Below, piece after piece: positions 1-9,455 of a stretch of 48,378 bases of DNA. Within the stretch, counting starts at the first letter, position 1; each line of letters begins with the position of its first letter. The stretch is taken from contig CAZFMQ010000002.1 of NCBI GenBank assembly GCA_964520295.1, positions 1-48,378 of the forward strand, in the 5' to 3' direction. Made by a program: the position numbers and the translations under genes. Under the pieces are notes generated by a model. It ran no database searches. It worked only from the letters and a program-made list of their open reading frames with translations, and was not told the origin of the DNA. The DNA comes from an uncultured Candidatus Saccharibacteria bacterium (GTDB lineage Bacteria > Patescibacteriota > Minisyncoccia > Phycocordibacterales > EsbW-18).

Positions 1-1
1 A

Positions 2-187
2 AGTGAGAAATATTGTGTAGACATAATTACTCAATCCAATGCTATAAAAAAAGCATTGGGAAGCGTTGAGAATGTGATGCTGGAACATCATTTATCTACG
101 CATGTTGTGCATCAAATGCGAGGCAAGGAGGAAGATAAGGCAATCAATGAAATCCTAAAGGTGTATAAGTTAGCTCAAAATAAGTAA
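2..187 (+). CDS. CsoR/RcnR-family (DUF156) metal-sensing repressor, C-terminal part (5' end outside window)
   Basis: Frame 2 is open from the window edge to TAA 185-187. Translation SEKYCVDIITQSNAIKKALGSVENVMLEHHLSTHVVHQMRGKEEDKAINEILKVYKLAQNK fits the CsoR/RcnR core (Y-C-x-D-[IV]-x-T-Q ... LEHH-x-x-x-[C/H]). Sits directly upstream of a P1B ATPase. Confidence 0.7.
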   Translation, partial: SEKYCVDIITQSNAIKKALGSVENVMLEHHLSTHVVHQMRGKEEDKAINEILKVYKLAQNK

Positions 188-191
188 CTAT

Positions 192-2237
192 ATGCACAAT
201 ACTTCCCACCACAAACATTCTCCTGCTGATCGCTCTTGCTGTGATACAGACAACAGTCACCAAGAGAAACATTCGCACGACAACCATCAAGGTCATCACT
301 CCCACATGGTTGATGACTTCAGAAAGAGGTTTTGGATTTCTCTCGTTCTCTCTATTCCTGTACTTGTTCTCTCGCCGATGATCCAGATGTTTTTTGGTAT
401 AGAGGGTATCGGTTTTTCAAGGGACGTATATGTTCGATTTATTCTCGCCTCAATCATTTTCTTTTATGGCGGCTATCCATTCCTCAAAGGTTTATATGAT
501 GAAGTAAAAGCAAGACAGCTAGGGATGATGACGCTCGTTGCCCTGGCTATTTCTGCTGCTTATGGATATAGCATTGCTGTGTTTGCGGGGCTATCTGGAG
601 AGGAACTTCTTTGGGAGCTGGTAACGCTCGTGGACATTATGCTTCTTGGGCATTGGATTGAGATGAGGTCGGTTATGGGTGCGTCACGAGCTTTGGAAGA
701 ACTTGCAAAGCTAATGCCTTCAACAGCACATCGGCTTGGAAAAAACGGAGAGATAGAAGAGGTGCAGGTTGCTGATCTGTCTCTCGGAGATAGAGTTCTT
801 GTAAAACCTGGTGAGAAGATCCCTGTTGACGGCATTGTTATTGAAGGAAGAACTTCAGTAAATGAAGCAATGCTTACAGGAGAAACGAAACTCATAGAAA
901 AATATGCTGGACAATCTGTTATCGGAGGTTCAGTCAATAGCGATGGTTCAATCGTTGTAGAGATACAGAAAGTAGGAAAAGACACATATCTTTCCCAAAT
1001 CATAGAGCTTGTATCTTCTGCACAGGCGGAGAAGTCAAAGACCCAGAAACTCGCTGACCGTGCGGCGATGTGGCTAACATTTGTAGCAATCGGAGCGGGA
1101 ATAATTACATTTTTCGGATGGTTTCTCTTTTCTACCCAAAACCTCGCTTATGCCCTTCAACGTACCATTGCGGTTATTGTCATAGCTTGTCCTCACGCCC
1201 TCGGCCTTGCTATACCGCTTGTGGTTTCGGTTTCGACCGCACTCTCTGCTCGCAAAGGTTTGCTTATACGCAACAGAACCGCTTTTGAAGAAGCGCGAAA
1301 TATAACCGCTGTTGTCTTTGATAAGACGGGCACTCTTACTAAAGGAGAGTTCGGCATAACCGAAGTTGTGCCACTGGGAAATGAACAAGAGGATCGAATT
1401 CTTGCTTATGCCGCTGCAATAGAGGCACACTCAGAACATCCGATAGCAAAAGCCATAGCAGAACGTGTAGATAAAAAACTTGCTGTAAATAATTTCTCCG
1501 CAATACCCGGCAAAGGTGCAATGGGCACTGTAGAGGGGAAACAAATCAAAGTGGTAAGTCCAGGATATTTAAATGAAAAGAGGATAGCGGTAAACAACAA
1601 AAGCGTTGAACGTTTGATAGATGAGGGAAGGACTGTCGTATTTGTTTTAGTTGATGAATTACCTATAGGTGCTATTGCTCTTGATGATATGGTTCGCGAT
1701 GAAGCAAAGGAAGTGGTCCAAAAACTTCAAGAAATGGGAATTGAACCTATTATGCTTACCGGGGACGCTAAGCGTGTCGCAGAGCGTGTTTCAAAGGAGC
1801 TAGGAATCAAGACCTATTATGCAGAGGTGTTGCCACATCAGAAGACAGAGAAGATAAAAGAGTTACAAGCCCGAGGGTATAAGGTGGCGATGGTTGGAGA
1901 CGGGGTTAATGATGCACCAGCACTTGCTCAAGCTAATGTCGGCATCGCTATCGGTGCTGGAACTGATGTAGCTATTGAAAGTGCCGATGTGGTCTTGGTA
2001 AAAAGTGATCCAAGAGATGTGGTTGCAATACTTTCTCTCGCCAAGGCTACGTATCGAAAGATGATCCAAAATCTCTGGTGGGCAAGCGGCTATAACATTC
2101 TTGCTTTACCACTAGCAGCGGGAGTGCTCGCTGGTGTCGGAATTATTTTATCTCCTGCCGTAGGAGCCGTGCTGATGTCGGTAAGTACGGTGGTCGTGGC
2201 GATTAACGCAACCCTCCTGAAAAATTATAGAATGTAG
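192..2237 (+). CDS. copB: Heavy-metal (copper) P1B-type ATPase, CopB-like with His-rich N-terminus
   Basis: 681-aa ORF. His-rich leader (HHKHS..HSHDNHQGHHSH), TM CPH motif (IACPHALGLAIP), DKTGTLT phosphorylation site, GDGVNDAPAL hinge, and YN / MSVST motifs in the last TM helices. Confidence 0.93.
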   Translation: MHNTSHHKHSPADRSCCDTDNSHQEKHSHDNHQGHHSHMVDDFRKRFWISLVLSIPVLVLSPMIQMFFGIEGIGFSRDVYVRFILASIIFFYGGYPFLKGLYDEVKARQLGMMTLVALAISAAYGYSIAVFAGLSGEELLWELVTLVDIMLLGHWIEMRSVMGASRALEELAKLMPSTAHRLGKNGEIEEVQVADLSLGDRVLVKPGEKIPVDGIVIEGRTSVNEAMLTGETKLIEKYAGQSVIGGSVNSDGSIVVEIQKVGKDTYLSQIIELVSSAQAEKSKTQKLADRAAMWLTFVAIGAGIITFFGWFLFSTQNLAYALQRTIAVIVIACPHALGLAIPLVVSVSTALSARKGLLIRNRTAFEEARNITAVVFDKTGTLTKGEFGITEVVPLGNEQEDRILAYAAAIEAHSEHPIAKAIAERVDKKLAVNNFSAIPGKGAMGTVEGKQIKVVSPGYLNEKRIAVNNKSVERLIDEGRTVVFVLVDELPIGAIALDDMVRDEAKEVVQKLQEMGIEPIMLTGDAKRVAERVSKELGIKTYYAEVLPHQKTEKIKELQARGYKVAMVGDGVNDAPALAQANVGIAIGAGTDVAIESADVVLVKSDPRDVVAILSLAKATYRKMIQNLWWASGYNILALPLAAGVLAGVGIILSPAVGAVLMSVSTVVVAINATLLKNYRM

Positions 2238-2239
2238 GT

Positions 2240-2647
2240 ATGTCATTTTTTACAAACAAAGCAAAATATCTCCTCCTCGGCATACTTTTAGTGGCATTTT
2301 TATGGGTAGGTGGGTTTGGCATTTTGTCAGCGGTTCAAATGTCTCACGGTGAACACCAAGCTGGTTGCACTGTAACGCTTGGTGAGCATGTCATTTGTGC
2401 AATGAACCCATTTGAATATCTTTCTGTATGGCAAAGCATATTCACTGTTCCTCTAACACTTATTTCTTCCTTCCTGCTTTTACTTATAGCTCTTGGACTA
2501 GCTCTCTTTGCCCGCATAAAAAAGGTCATACTGGATCCGCCTGAAATAACCGGCTCTCAAGAAGTCCCTCGCAGATTTACGTTTTATATTCCTGATCTAT
2601 ATACAGAGCTATTCTCTCAAGGTATTTTGCATCCCAAAGCCCCTTAA
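2240..2647 (+). CDS. Small membrane protein, unknown function (2 predicted TM helices)
   Basis: 135-aa ORF starting 3 nt after the copB stop. Hydrophobic segments LLLGILLVAFLWVGGFGIL and LTLISSFLLLLIALGLALFA. No family recognised. Confidence 0.55.
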   Translation: MSFFTNKAKYLLLGILLVAFLWVGGFGILSAVQMSHGEHQAGCTVTLGEHVICAMNPFEYLSVWQSIFTVPLTLISSFLLLLIALGLALFARIKKVILDPPEITGSQEVPRRFTFYIPDLYTELFSQGILHPKAP

Positions 2648-2687
2648 TTTTTCCTACTTCTTTTATTAGCAACTATTAAACAAAATT

Positions 2688-3083
2688 ATGGAAACAAAAA
2701 ATAACAACTTACTTATTATCGGCATCATTACCCTTATTCTGGGACTTGTTCTTGGATATTTCTTAGGAACAGGAAAAATGAATTGCCCCATGATGTCAGA
2801 CACAACTGACACAAGTAGTCATATGATGGGTGGCTCACACGAAATGGGAGATACAATGACTAACATGACAGCAGGTCTAGAAGGTAAATCGGGAGAAGAG
2901 TTTGAGAAGGCATTTATTGACGAAATGATTGTTCATCACGAAGGGGCTGTAGATATGGCACGTATGCTTCTTCAGAAGACACAGCGTCCTGAACTCGTAA
3001 AACTCGGAAATGACATTATTAACGCCCAGACAAGTGAAATTGAAATGATGAAAGAATGGCGACAAACTTGGTTTACCAATTAA
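2688..3083 (+). CDS. DUF305-family protein with N-terminal TM anchor and Met/His-rich stretch
   Basis: 131-aa ORF. FIDEMIVHHEGAVDMARM ... INAQTSEIEMMKEW matches the DUF305 signature. MMSDTTDTSSHMMGGSHEMGDTMTNM is a Met/His-rich tract of the kind seen in Cu-binding proteins. Confidence 0.8.
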   Translation: METKNNNLLIIGIITLILGLVLGYFLGTGKMNCPMMSDTTDTSSHMMGGSHEMGDTMTNMTAGLEGKSGEEFEKAFIDEMIVHHEGAVDMARMLLQKTQRPELVKLGNDIINAQTSEIEMMKEWRQTWFTN

Positions 3084-3087
3084 GCCT

Positions 3088-4614
3088 ATGAAGAAAACAT
3101 ATGTATTAGGCGGGATAGTAATCCTTGCGCTTGCGGGCATTACTTTGCTTGCAAAGAATAACCCCATTTCCTCAACAGGAAATGCACTTACAGAGAAAAT
3201 CTATGTGGCAGTCGAAGAAGAAGGCACTGTGAATGTCATTAACCCTGCCACAAACAAATCGATCAAAGTCATTGACCTCACTGAACATGAAACTGAAACG
3301 AAATATCTTCCGCACAATGTCCAAGCGTCCCCAGATGGAAAAAGCGTTTGGGTAACAGCTAATGCTGGAATGGAGGAGCATGACAGACATAGCTCGCTTT
3401 TCATTCCTACCGCATACGCCGATGAAGGACATGGTGAAATGAAGATGGACACTGGAGATCAGGTTATCGTCATTGACCCTCAAGAGGACGCCATAATCAA
3501 ACGAATACCGCTTGGAAGTGGTCAGCATCTTGCACACGTTGTGTTTACCCCAGACGGATCTACGGCACTTATCGCGGCACAGGAAACAAATAAGCTCTAC
3601 AAAGTTGATACGAGCAATTTCCTGCAAACAGAGATTAATCTACCCGAAGGAAGCGGTCCCCATGGTATGCGGCTCTCTCCTGACGGAAAGACTGCCTACG
3701 TTGCGTTCATGGATGGAAAGGGGCTTGGCGTCGTTAATCTAGAAAACGGAACGATAGAGGTAAAACCTCTGAACGGTTCAGCTGTTCAGACCGCAGTTAC
3801 TCCCGATGGTAAATATGTAGCTGCGTCTGTGTATGAGACTCGCAGCGTTGCTTTGTACGATACTGCTTTCGAATCAGTATCGTATGTAGCCTTGCCAGAG
3901 GGTTCAGAGGGACCAGTGCAACTCTATCCGACTTCAGATTCTCGTTACGTCTATATCGCAGATCAAGGTGTTCTACAGAACCGACCTCCAAACAACAAGC
4001 TGTATAAACTGGATCTTCAAACGAAAGAAATAACTGAAAGTATTGCTGTCGGAAAAGCTCCTCATGGCGTGGTCATAAATGAAGATAACAGTAGGGCATA
4101 TGTTACAAACCTTGAAGGAGGCACTGTCTCTGTAATTGATATGGAAACAAGTAAGGAAATAACTCAAATATCGGTAGGCAGTAAGCCAAATGGTATAAGT
4201 ATATGGAAAGGTCAAAACATTTCCGAAGAGAAGACTGCCCTTATGGGTGAGGAAATGATTGTCTACAAGACAGAGACGTGTGGTTGTTGCCATGTCTATG
4301 TAGAGTACCTTGAACGTGAAGATGTAAACGTAAAAGCGGTAGATGTTGCTGATCTTACTGCTATCAAAGACCGATACGGCGTTCCAACTAATCTACAGAG
4401 CTGCCACACTTCTATAGTTGGAGGCTATGTAATTGAGGGGCACATACCACTTGAAGTAGTCGAGAAATTACTCGCTGAAAAACCAGCTATCAAAGGTATC
4501 GCCTTGCCTGGAATGCCTTCAGGTTCTCCAGGAATGCCAGGACCAAAGACAGAGAAATGGATCATCTATGCAATCGGTAATGATGGTGAAGTGACGGAGT
4601 TTATGAGTTACTAA
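3088..4614 (+). CDS. YVTN-type beta-propeller repeat protein fused to a C-terminal DUF411 (CopG-like) metal-binding domain
   Basis: 508-aa ORF with an N-terminal signal/TM. Repeated propeller motifs (AYVTNLEGGTVSVID, VWVTAN, VYIADQG). C-terminus ETCGCCHVY...CHTSIVGGYVIEGHIP...ALPGMPSGSPGM matches DUF411/CopG. Confidence 0.8.
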   Translation: MKKTYVLGGIVILALAGITLLAKNNPISSTGNALTEKIYVAVEEEGTVNVINPATNKSIKVIDLTEHETETKYLPHNVQASPDGKSVWVTANAGMEEHDRHSSLFIPTAYADEGHGEMKMDTGDQVIVIDPQEDAIIKRIPLGSGQHLAHVVFTPDGSTALIAAQETNKLYKVDTSNFLQTEINLPEGSGPHGMRLSPDGKTAYVAFMDGKGLGVVNLENGTIEVKPLNGSAVQTAVTPDGKYVAASVYETRSVALYDTAFESVSYVALPEGSEGPVQLYPTSDSRYVYIADQGVLQNRPPNNKLYKLDLQTKEITESIAVGKAPHGVVINEDNSRAYVTNLEGGTVSVIDMETSKEITQISVGSKPNGISIWKGQNISEEKTALMGEEMIVYKTETCGCCHVYVEYLEREDVNVKAVDVADLTAIKDRYGVPTNLQSCHTSIVGGYVIEGHIPLEVVEKLLAEKPAIKGIALPGMPSGSPGMPGPKTEKWIIYAIGNDGEVTEFMSY

Positions 4615-4653
4615 CATTAAGCTCGCGATATAAGCAACATAGGAACATGAAAT

Positions 4654-4685
4654 AAAAACCACTCAGTCGAGTGGTTTTTATTTTG
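4654..4685. terminator. Bidirectional rho-independent terminator between convergent genes
   Basis: Stem CCACTC(4659-4664)/GAGTGG(4669-4674), loop AGTC, A-run upstream and T-run downstream. Confidence 0.6.
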
Positions 4686-5580
4686 TTAATAGAATCTTCT
4701 TTTCAGATAACAAAATATTACCTTTCAAACATCCAAGTAATTCTCTTTTTTCTACATCAGCTCCTTCTTGTAGGAGGTATTTTGCGTAATTTCGTATATC
4801 TAAATCTGCCACTTCCACTTTGGTTTTGATGCCTAACATTGATTGCTGGAACTTCTTAAATCGCTCGACTTCTGACTTTATCTTTTCTTTAACCCCAATT
4901 TCGTCTATATCGATTTCGCTTATTAAATCCTCAAACTGTTTCAGGAGGTCTATTTCATTGATATATCCACATTTACAGTTCGGATCCCGTCGTTTGGTGC
5001 AACCATAATAGACATGACGGTGTACATTGCCGTTCTTTTGCTTTTTAAACTTCTCATCGGCCGTAATACCTGAGCCACATAAACCACAGGTCATGAGTTT
5101 GGTAAAAGCGAATTCTTTGCCTTCGGATCTCACAAACTGGCTTTTTACTTGCTCCTGCACCTGATCAAACAATTCTTTGGTAATTAATGGTTCGTGCTTG
5201 CCTTGATACCAATTACCCGAGTTCTTTGGATACTCAAATACGCCGTAGTAAAAGTGGTTTTGCAAAATGCAATAGATATTGCTGACCGTTAAGTTCTTGT
5301 TGCCTGTTGCAGTTTTGAAGTTAAGTTCAAACTTTAGCCAGTTGTACACTTTTCTCCCAGACCACTTTTCGTATGCGACTTTTTCAAACATCTTTTTTAT
5401 TATCGGCGCTCTATCTGGATCTATCAGTGTTTCGCATTTTCGATCCATTCTCTTTTCTTTGAAGTATCCGGTAGGTGCAGGAGCTGGCCACAAGCCCATT
5501 TCTACTCTTGTCTTCAATCCACGTTTTACATTGATACTTTTATTGTCGTTTTCTAGCTTTGCTTGAGAACACAGAATCAT
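4678..5580 (-). pseudogene. Large serine recombinase lacking the N-terminal resolvase catalytic domain (5'-truncated)
   Basis: 300-aa ORF carrying the recombinase domain and zinc-ribbon (CGLCGSGI...YYGCTKRRDPNCKC) and a C-terminal coiled coil. The frame stays open upstream to 5643 without a start codon. No YxRVS-type catalytic Ser region in any frame upstream. Confidence 0.8.
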
Positions 5581-5612
5581 TAAGAGAAACTTCTCACTCG
5601 GTGTATTGGTAA

Positions 5613-6743
5613 ATGATTGCCCATAAGTTCGTAGTAGACACCTTCAAGTATGACCAAATTGGTGTTGACCGTGCTCGTTTCTGGTATACCACTGCCGCGG
5701 CGATTTTTAGTGCCGTTGGTATCGGGTACGCACTGCATCTCATCATCGGACTTGTCATGACGGGCAAAGAAGGTGTGGGTGCTGTCGTATTCCTCATCTC
5801 GGTGATGGGGCAATTCGCGGGCATGACCACAACGCTCTTTGCCAATATCGCGCGTCAGTATGAGCAGACGCTCTACGTGCGCGATATGTTCAAGGTCTTT
5901 GACATCGCGCCGCAGATTGTAGAAGTAGAGTACCCTGTTGCGCTGTCGCTTTCAGAGCCACCAACGATTGAGTTTCGTGATGTATCTTTCCGTTACGGCG
6001 GTCGCGACACACAGGTGCTCAAGCATGTCAGCTTCACTATCAAGCCAGGTGAGAAAGTAGCACTGGTTGGTGAAAACGGTGCGGGCAAGACAACGCTTTT
6101 GAAGTTGCTTGCCCGCACATACGATCCGACAGAGGGCGTTATTCTCATCAACGGTGTGCCGCTTACGGAGCTTTCGCTGAAGGAGTGGGGCTCGTACCTC
6201 GCCATCTTGTTGCAAGAGTTTCGTATTCACGATTTCACCATCGCCGAAGCAATTGGCATGGGACGTACTGACCGCGAGTTCTCACGAGCACATGCAGAGC
6301 ACGCGGCGGCGTTGAGTGATGCGGACTCTTTCATCCAAGAATATGCAGAAAAGTATGATGCACAAATCGGTGCCGAGTTTGAAAAGGGCGTTGAGCTCTC
6401 ACACGGACAACGGCAACGACTTGCACTCGCGCGCACCATCTACCGCAATGGCTTCATTGTGGTGCTGGATGAACCGACGGCCGACGTTGATGCAATTGCT
6501 GAAGAGAAATTCTTCAGTCAGATTGAACAGGCGGTGTCGGGTAAGACACTCATGCTGGTGTCGCATCGTTTCAACACGGTGCAGGGCGTAGACCGCATTC
6601 TGGTTTTCCGTCGCGGTGAGCTCATTGAAGATGGTTCGCACAAGGACCTTCTCCAAAAAGGCGGACACTACGCAAAGATGTGGCACAGTCAGGCGAAGTC
6701 CTTCATTGAGTCCGCATCCGCATCTGCTTCCGTCACGTCATAG
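5613..6743 (+). CDS. ABC exporter (fused permease/ATPase type), 5'-truncated fragment: last TM helices plus nucleotide-binding domain
   Basis: 376 aa. Walker A GENGAGKTT, signature LSHGQRQR, Walker B VVLDEPT, H-loop VSHR. Only about 135 aa of the membrane domain remain, and the ORF opens right after TAA 5610-5612. Confidence 0.85.
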   Translation: MIAHKFVVDTFKYDQIGVDRARFWYTTAAAIFSAVGIGYALHLIIGLVMTGKEGVGAVVFLISVMGQFAGMTTTLFANIARQYEQTLYVRDMFKVFDIAPQIVEVEYPVALSLSEPPTIEFRDVSFRYGGRDTQVLKHVSFTIKPGEKVALVGENGAGKTTLLKLLARTYDPTEGVILINGVPLTELSLKEWGSYLAILLQEFRIHDFTIAEAIGMGRTDREFSRAHAEHAAALSDADSFIQEYAEKYDAQIGAEFEKGVELSHGQRQRLALARTIYRNGFIVVLDEPTADVDAIAEEKFFSQIEQAVSGKTLMLVSHRFNTVQGVDRILVFRRGELIEDGSHKDLLQKGGHYAKMWHSQAKSFIESASASASVTS

Positions 6744-6754
6744 TTTGTTATCCT

Positions 6755-6790
6755 CCCCGAAGGTCGTACGACCTTCGGGGAGTTTTGTTA
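6755..6790 (+). terminator. Rho-independent terminator after the ABC fragment
   Basis: Perfect 26-nt palindrome CCCCGAAGGTCGTACGACCTTCGGGG (6755-6780) followed by AGTTTTGTTA. Confidence 0.7.
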
Positions 6791-6877
6791 TGAAAAATTG
6801 AAAAAATCTACTTGCTCTCATAGGGATTTTGGGGTAGGTTGGGGACAGATGCACCTATTCTAGAAAGGGGGTTGTCG

Positions 6878-7378
6878 ATGGGGATTATCGTGACGTCTGC
6901 AGCACACCTCAAGACGCTGGTTTTTGGTGCTGATACGTGTCTTGGGCTCATCATTTTGCGTGATGGGTTTTGTGGCAAATACATCGCCAGCCAGGAAGAA
7001 GGTGTGATGTCTCTGCGCCGCGCGTGGCGTTTGTCGTTGCTTGATCGTGATGAGCGCAAGGCGGTGTACGCGCAGATTCAGTCATGCTTTCTGCCGCCTG
7101 CGATGGATGACGTGCCCGCACCTGTGCATATTCGTGCACATGCATTCAATGCGTGTACGAACGCCGGCATTACCAGCGATGATGCAGGAAGTGTCATCGG
7201 CGTGCGGCAGGAGTTTCGGCGCGATGAATTCATTCGTCTCATGCAAATCGGCATGACGACCAACCACGTGCCGAAGGACGAAATCGTCCGTATGTTGTGG
7301 GAGGACGACTTCTCCATGCGTCTGGATCAGGTGTTGAAGACCGGCACCTACGACCAAGGCGACCTTTCCGCGTCGTAA
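6878..7378 (+). CDS. Hypothetical protein (166 aa), no family recognised
   Basis: Longest ORF in the interval. ATG 6878 is preceded by AAAGGGGG about 7 nt upstream (the ORF track start 6839 is less likely). Host-like codon usage; bracketed by two terminators. Confidence 0.5.
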   Translation: MGIIVTSAAHLKTLVFGADTCLGLIILRDGFCGKYIASQEEGVMSLRRAWRLSLLDRDERKAVYAQIQSCFLPPAMDDVPAPVHIRAHAFNACTNAGITSDDAGSVIGVRQEFRRDEFIRLMQIGMTTNHVPKDEIVRMLWEDDFSMRLDQVLKTGTYDQGDLSAS

Positions 7379-7398
7379 CATCCTTTCTTTGGGAATTC

Positions 7399-7437
7399 GC
7401 CCCGCCATGTGTACATGGCGGGGCTATTTGTTTTTTG
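7399..7437 (+). terminator. Rho-independent terminator
   Basis: GCCCCGCCA...TGGCGGGGC stem (7399-7424) followed by TATTTGTTTTTT. Confidence 0.7.
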
Positions 7438-7494
7438 GGGTTTTTTGTTGTACTATTGCGTTGTTGCCCGAGAGGGCTTTTTTCTTTCAACTCT

Positions 7495-9279
7495 ATGCAG
7501 GTACGAAACATCGCCATTATTGCGCACGTGGACCACGGCAAAACAACACTGACAGACGGATTGCTTCGCCAGTGTGGTGTTGGTGCAGAAGGCGTATCTA
7601 TGGACTCAAACACGCTTGAACAAGAGCGCGGTATCACCATTTATGCCAAAAATGCATCGGTGCAGTACAAAGACACCAAAATCAACATCGTCGACACACC
7701 AGGACACACTGACTTCGGCTCTGAAGTAGAGCGCGTGCTTCGTTCGGTGGATTCCGTGTTGCTCGTGGTGGACGCACAGGAAGGTCCAATGCCACAAACA
7801 CGCTTCGTGCTCAAAAAATCTCTTGAACTCGGACTCAAACCGATTGTGGTGATAAACAAAATTGATAAACCAGCAGCAAATCCAGCGCACGCAGAAGAAT
7901 TGGTGTTGGAACTCTTTTTGGAACTCGGCGCTGACGACGATCAGGCAAACTTTCCTGTGGTGTACGCTATCGGCCGTTCAGGTATCGCAAAGAAAAAACT
8001 CACCGACGAATCAGCAGACCTCACACCGCTCTTAGATGTTATTCTTGAGCACGTGCCACCTGCAGGCGAGGGCAAAGAGAATGATACGCTCCGCTTACAA
8101 CCATTCAACCTCGGCTACGACAATTTTCTCGGACGTCTTGCGATTGCGCGCGTGTACGAAGGCACCGTGTCTGCAGGGCAGAATGTCGTTATCAAAAAAC
8201 CATCAGGCGAGACACGCAACGGCAAAATCACAAAACTGTTCACCTTCAACGGACTTGAAAAAGTAGATACAAACGAGGCGGGTGCAGGTGACATCGTCAT
8301 GATTGCAGGACTTGCCGACATTGATATTGGTGAGACCGTTACCACAGATGCATCAGTTGAACCATTGCCCGCAATCGCTGTGGATGAACCGACGATTACG
8401 TTGAACTTTTTGGTGAACAATTCACCTTTCACTGGACGAGAAGGGAAGCTGGTAACGTCGCGCCAAATCCGTGAGCGTTTGGAGCGCGAGCTGGAAGTGA
8501 ATGTCGGTTTGCGTGTTGATTTTACTACCTCAGAGAGTTTTGCTGTGTCAGGTCGCGGAGAATTGCACATCGCGGTACTGCTTGAAAATATGAGCCGTGA
8601 AGGGTACGAATTGCAGGTGTCTCAACCGCGCGTTATTACACACGAAGAGAACGGTGTTATCACCGAGCCATTTGAAGAGGTGGTAGTGGATACGCCGAAT
8701 GAATTTCAAGGTGCGATTATTGAAAAGCTCGGCAAGCGCGGCTTTGTGATGCACAACATGAGCATGCACGGTGATTCGGTACGTCTTATTTTTGAAGGTC
8801 CAACGCGCGGTCTGCTCGGCTATCGCAACCAATTTATTATTGATACGAAAGGTGAAGGCATTTTGTCATCACGCGTTATCGGGTTCAAACACTTTGCAGG
8901 CGAGATTGTGAAGCGTCCAACAGGTTCTATGGTGTCTATGGTCAGTGGCAAGACGTTGGGGTATGCACTGTGGAATTTGCAAGATCGCGGTGTGCTGTAT
9001 GTTGGTCCTGCAACGGAAGTGTACGAAGGTATGGTGATTGGTAATACATCAAAGGGCGAGGAAATGCCCGTGAACCCAACGAAGGGGAAGCAACTCACGA
9101 ATATGCGTGCATCGGGTTCTGACGAAGCAATCAACCTCGTGCCACCATTTATTTTGACTATTGAACGCGGACTTGAGGTGATGGCAGATGATGAGTACTT
9201 GGAAATTACGCCAAAATCAGTGCGTTTGCGAAAGCAGTATTTGACGGAGCTTGAGCGCGCAAAAATGCGTAGGGGATAG
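7495..9279 (+). CDS. typA: Translational GTPase TypA/BipA
   Basis: [19 protein letters not shown] (G1), DTPGH (G3), NKID (G4), with EF-G-like domains following. The ORF-track start 7297 would cross the upstream terminator, so ATG 7495 is used. Confidence 0.93.
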   Translation: MQVRNIAIIAHVDHGKTTLTDGLLRQCGVGAEGVSMDSNTLEQERGITIYAKNASVQYKDTKINIVDTPGHTDFGSEVERVLRSVDSVLLVVDAQEGPMPQTRFVLKKSLELGLKPIVVINKIDKPAANPAHAEELVLELFLELGADDDQANFPVVYAIGRSGIAKKKLTDESADLTPLLDVILEHVPPAGEGKENDTLRLQPFNLGYDNFLGRLAIARVYEGTVSAGQNVVIKKPSGETRNGKITKLFTFNGLEKVDTNEAGAGDIVMIAGLADIDIGETVTTDASVEPLPAIAVDEPTITLNFLVNNSPFTGREGKLVTSRQIRERLERELEVNVGLRVDFTTSESFAVSGRGELHIAVLLENMSREGYELQVSQPRVITHEENGVITEPFEEVVVDTPNEFQGAIIEKLGKRGFVMHNMSMHGDSVRLIFEGPTRGLLGYRNQFIIDTKGEGILSSRVIGFKHFAGEIVKRPTGSMVSMVSGKTLGYALWNLQDRGVLYVGPATEVYEGMVIGNTSKGEEMPVNPTKGKQLTNMRASGSDEAINLVPPFILTIERGLEVMADDEYLEITPKSVRLRKQYLTELERAKMRRG

Positions 9280-9338
9280 AGGTTTTTGTGCTTTGAGCGC
9301 TGGTTTCTGTGGGTTTTCTGTAAGTTTTTATCGCTCTC

Positions 9339-9366
9339 TTGACAAGGAGGTATTTTGTGATAGAAT
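9339..9366 (+). promoter_or_regulatory. Near-consensus sigma70-type promoter
   Basis: TTGACA (9339-9344), 16-nt spacer, TGa-TAGAAT extended -10 (9361-9366). Confidence 0.55.
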
Positions 9367-9395
9367 GTACTTCGAGCTGTACCTTACAAACCCAA

Positions 9396-9433
9396 GGGGC
9401 GAAGCCTCTCAGTAAACTGAGCGGCTTCGCCCC
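9396..9433 (+). promoter_or_regulatory. Long 5'-UTR hairpin upstream of the 9456 ORF
   Basis: GGGGCGAAGCC-T-CTCAG-TAAA-CTGAG-C-GGCTTCGCCCC: 16 bp with one 1x1 mismatch, ending 10 nt before the AAAGGAGG SD. Confidence 0.5.
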
Positions 9434-9455
9434 TAAGCCAACAAAGGAGGATGAG

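Noticed and set aside
7297-7494. N-terminal extension of typA
   Set aside because: It would read through the 7399-7437 terminator and overlap the upstream gene's 3' end. The GTPase G1 motif follows ATG 7495 immediately.
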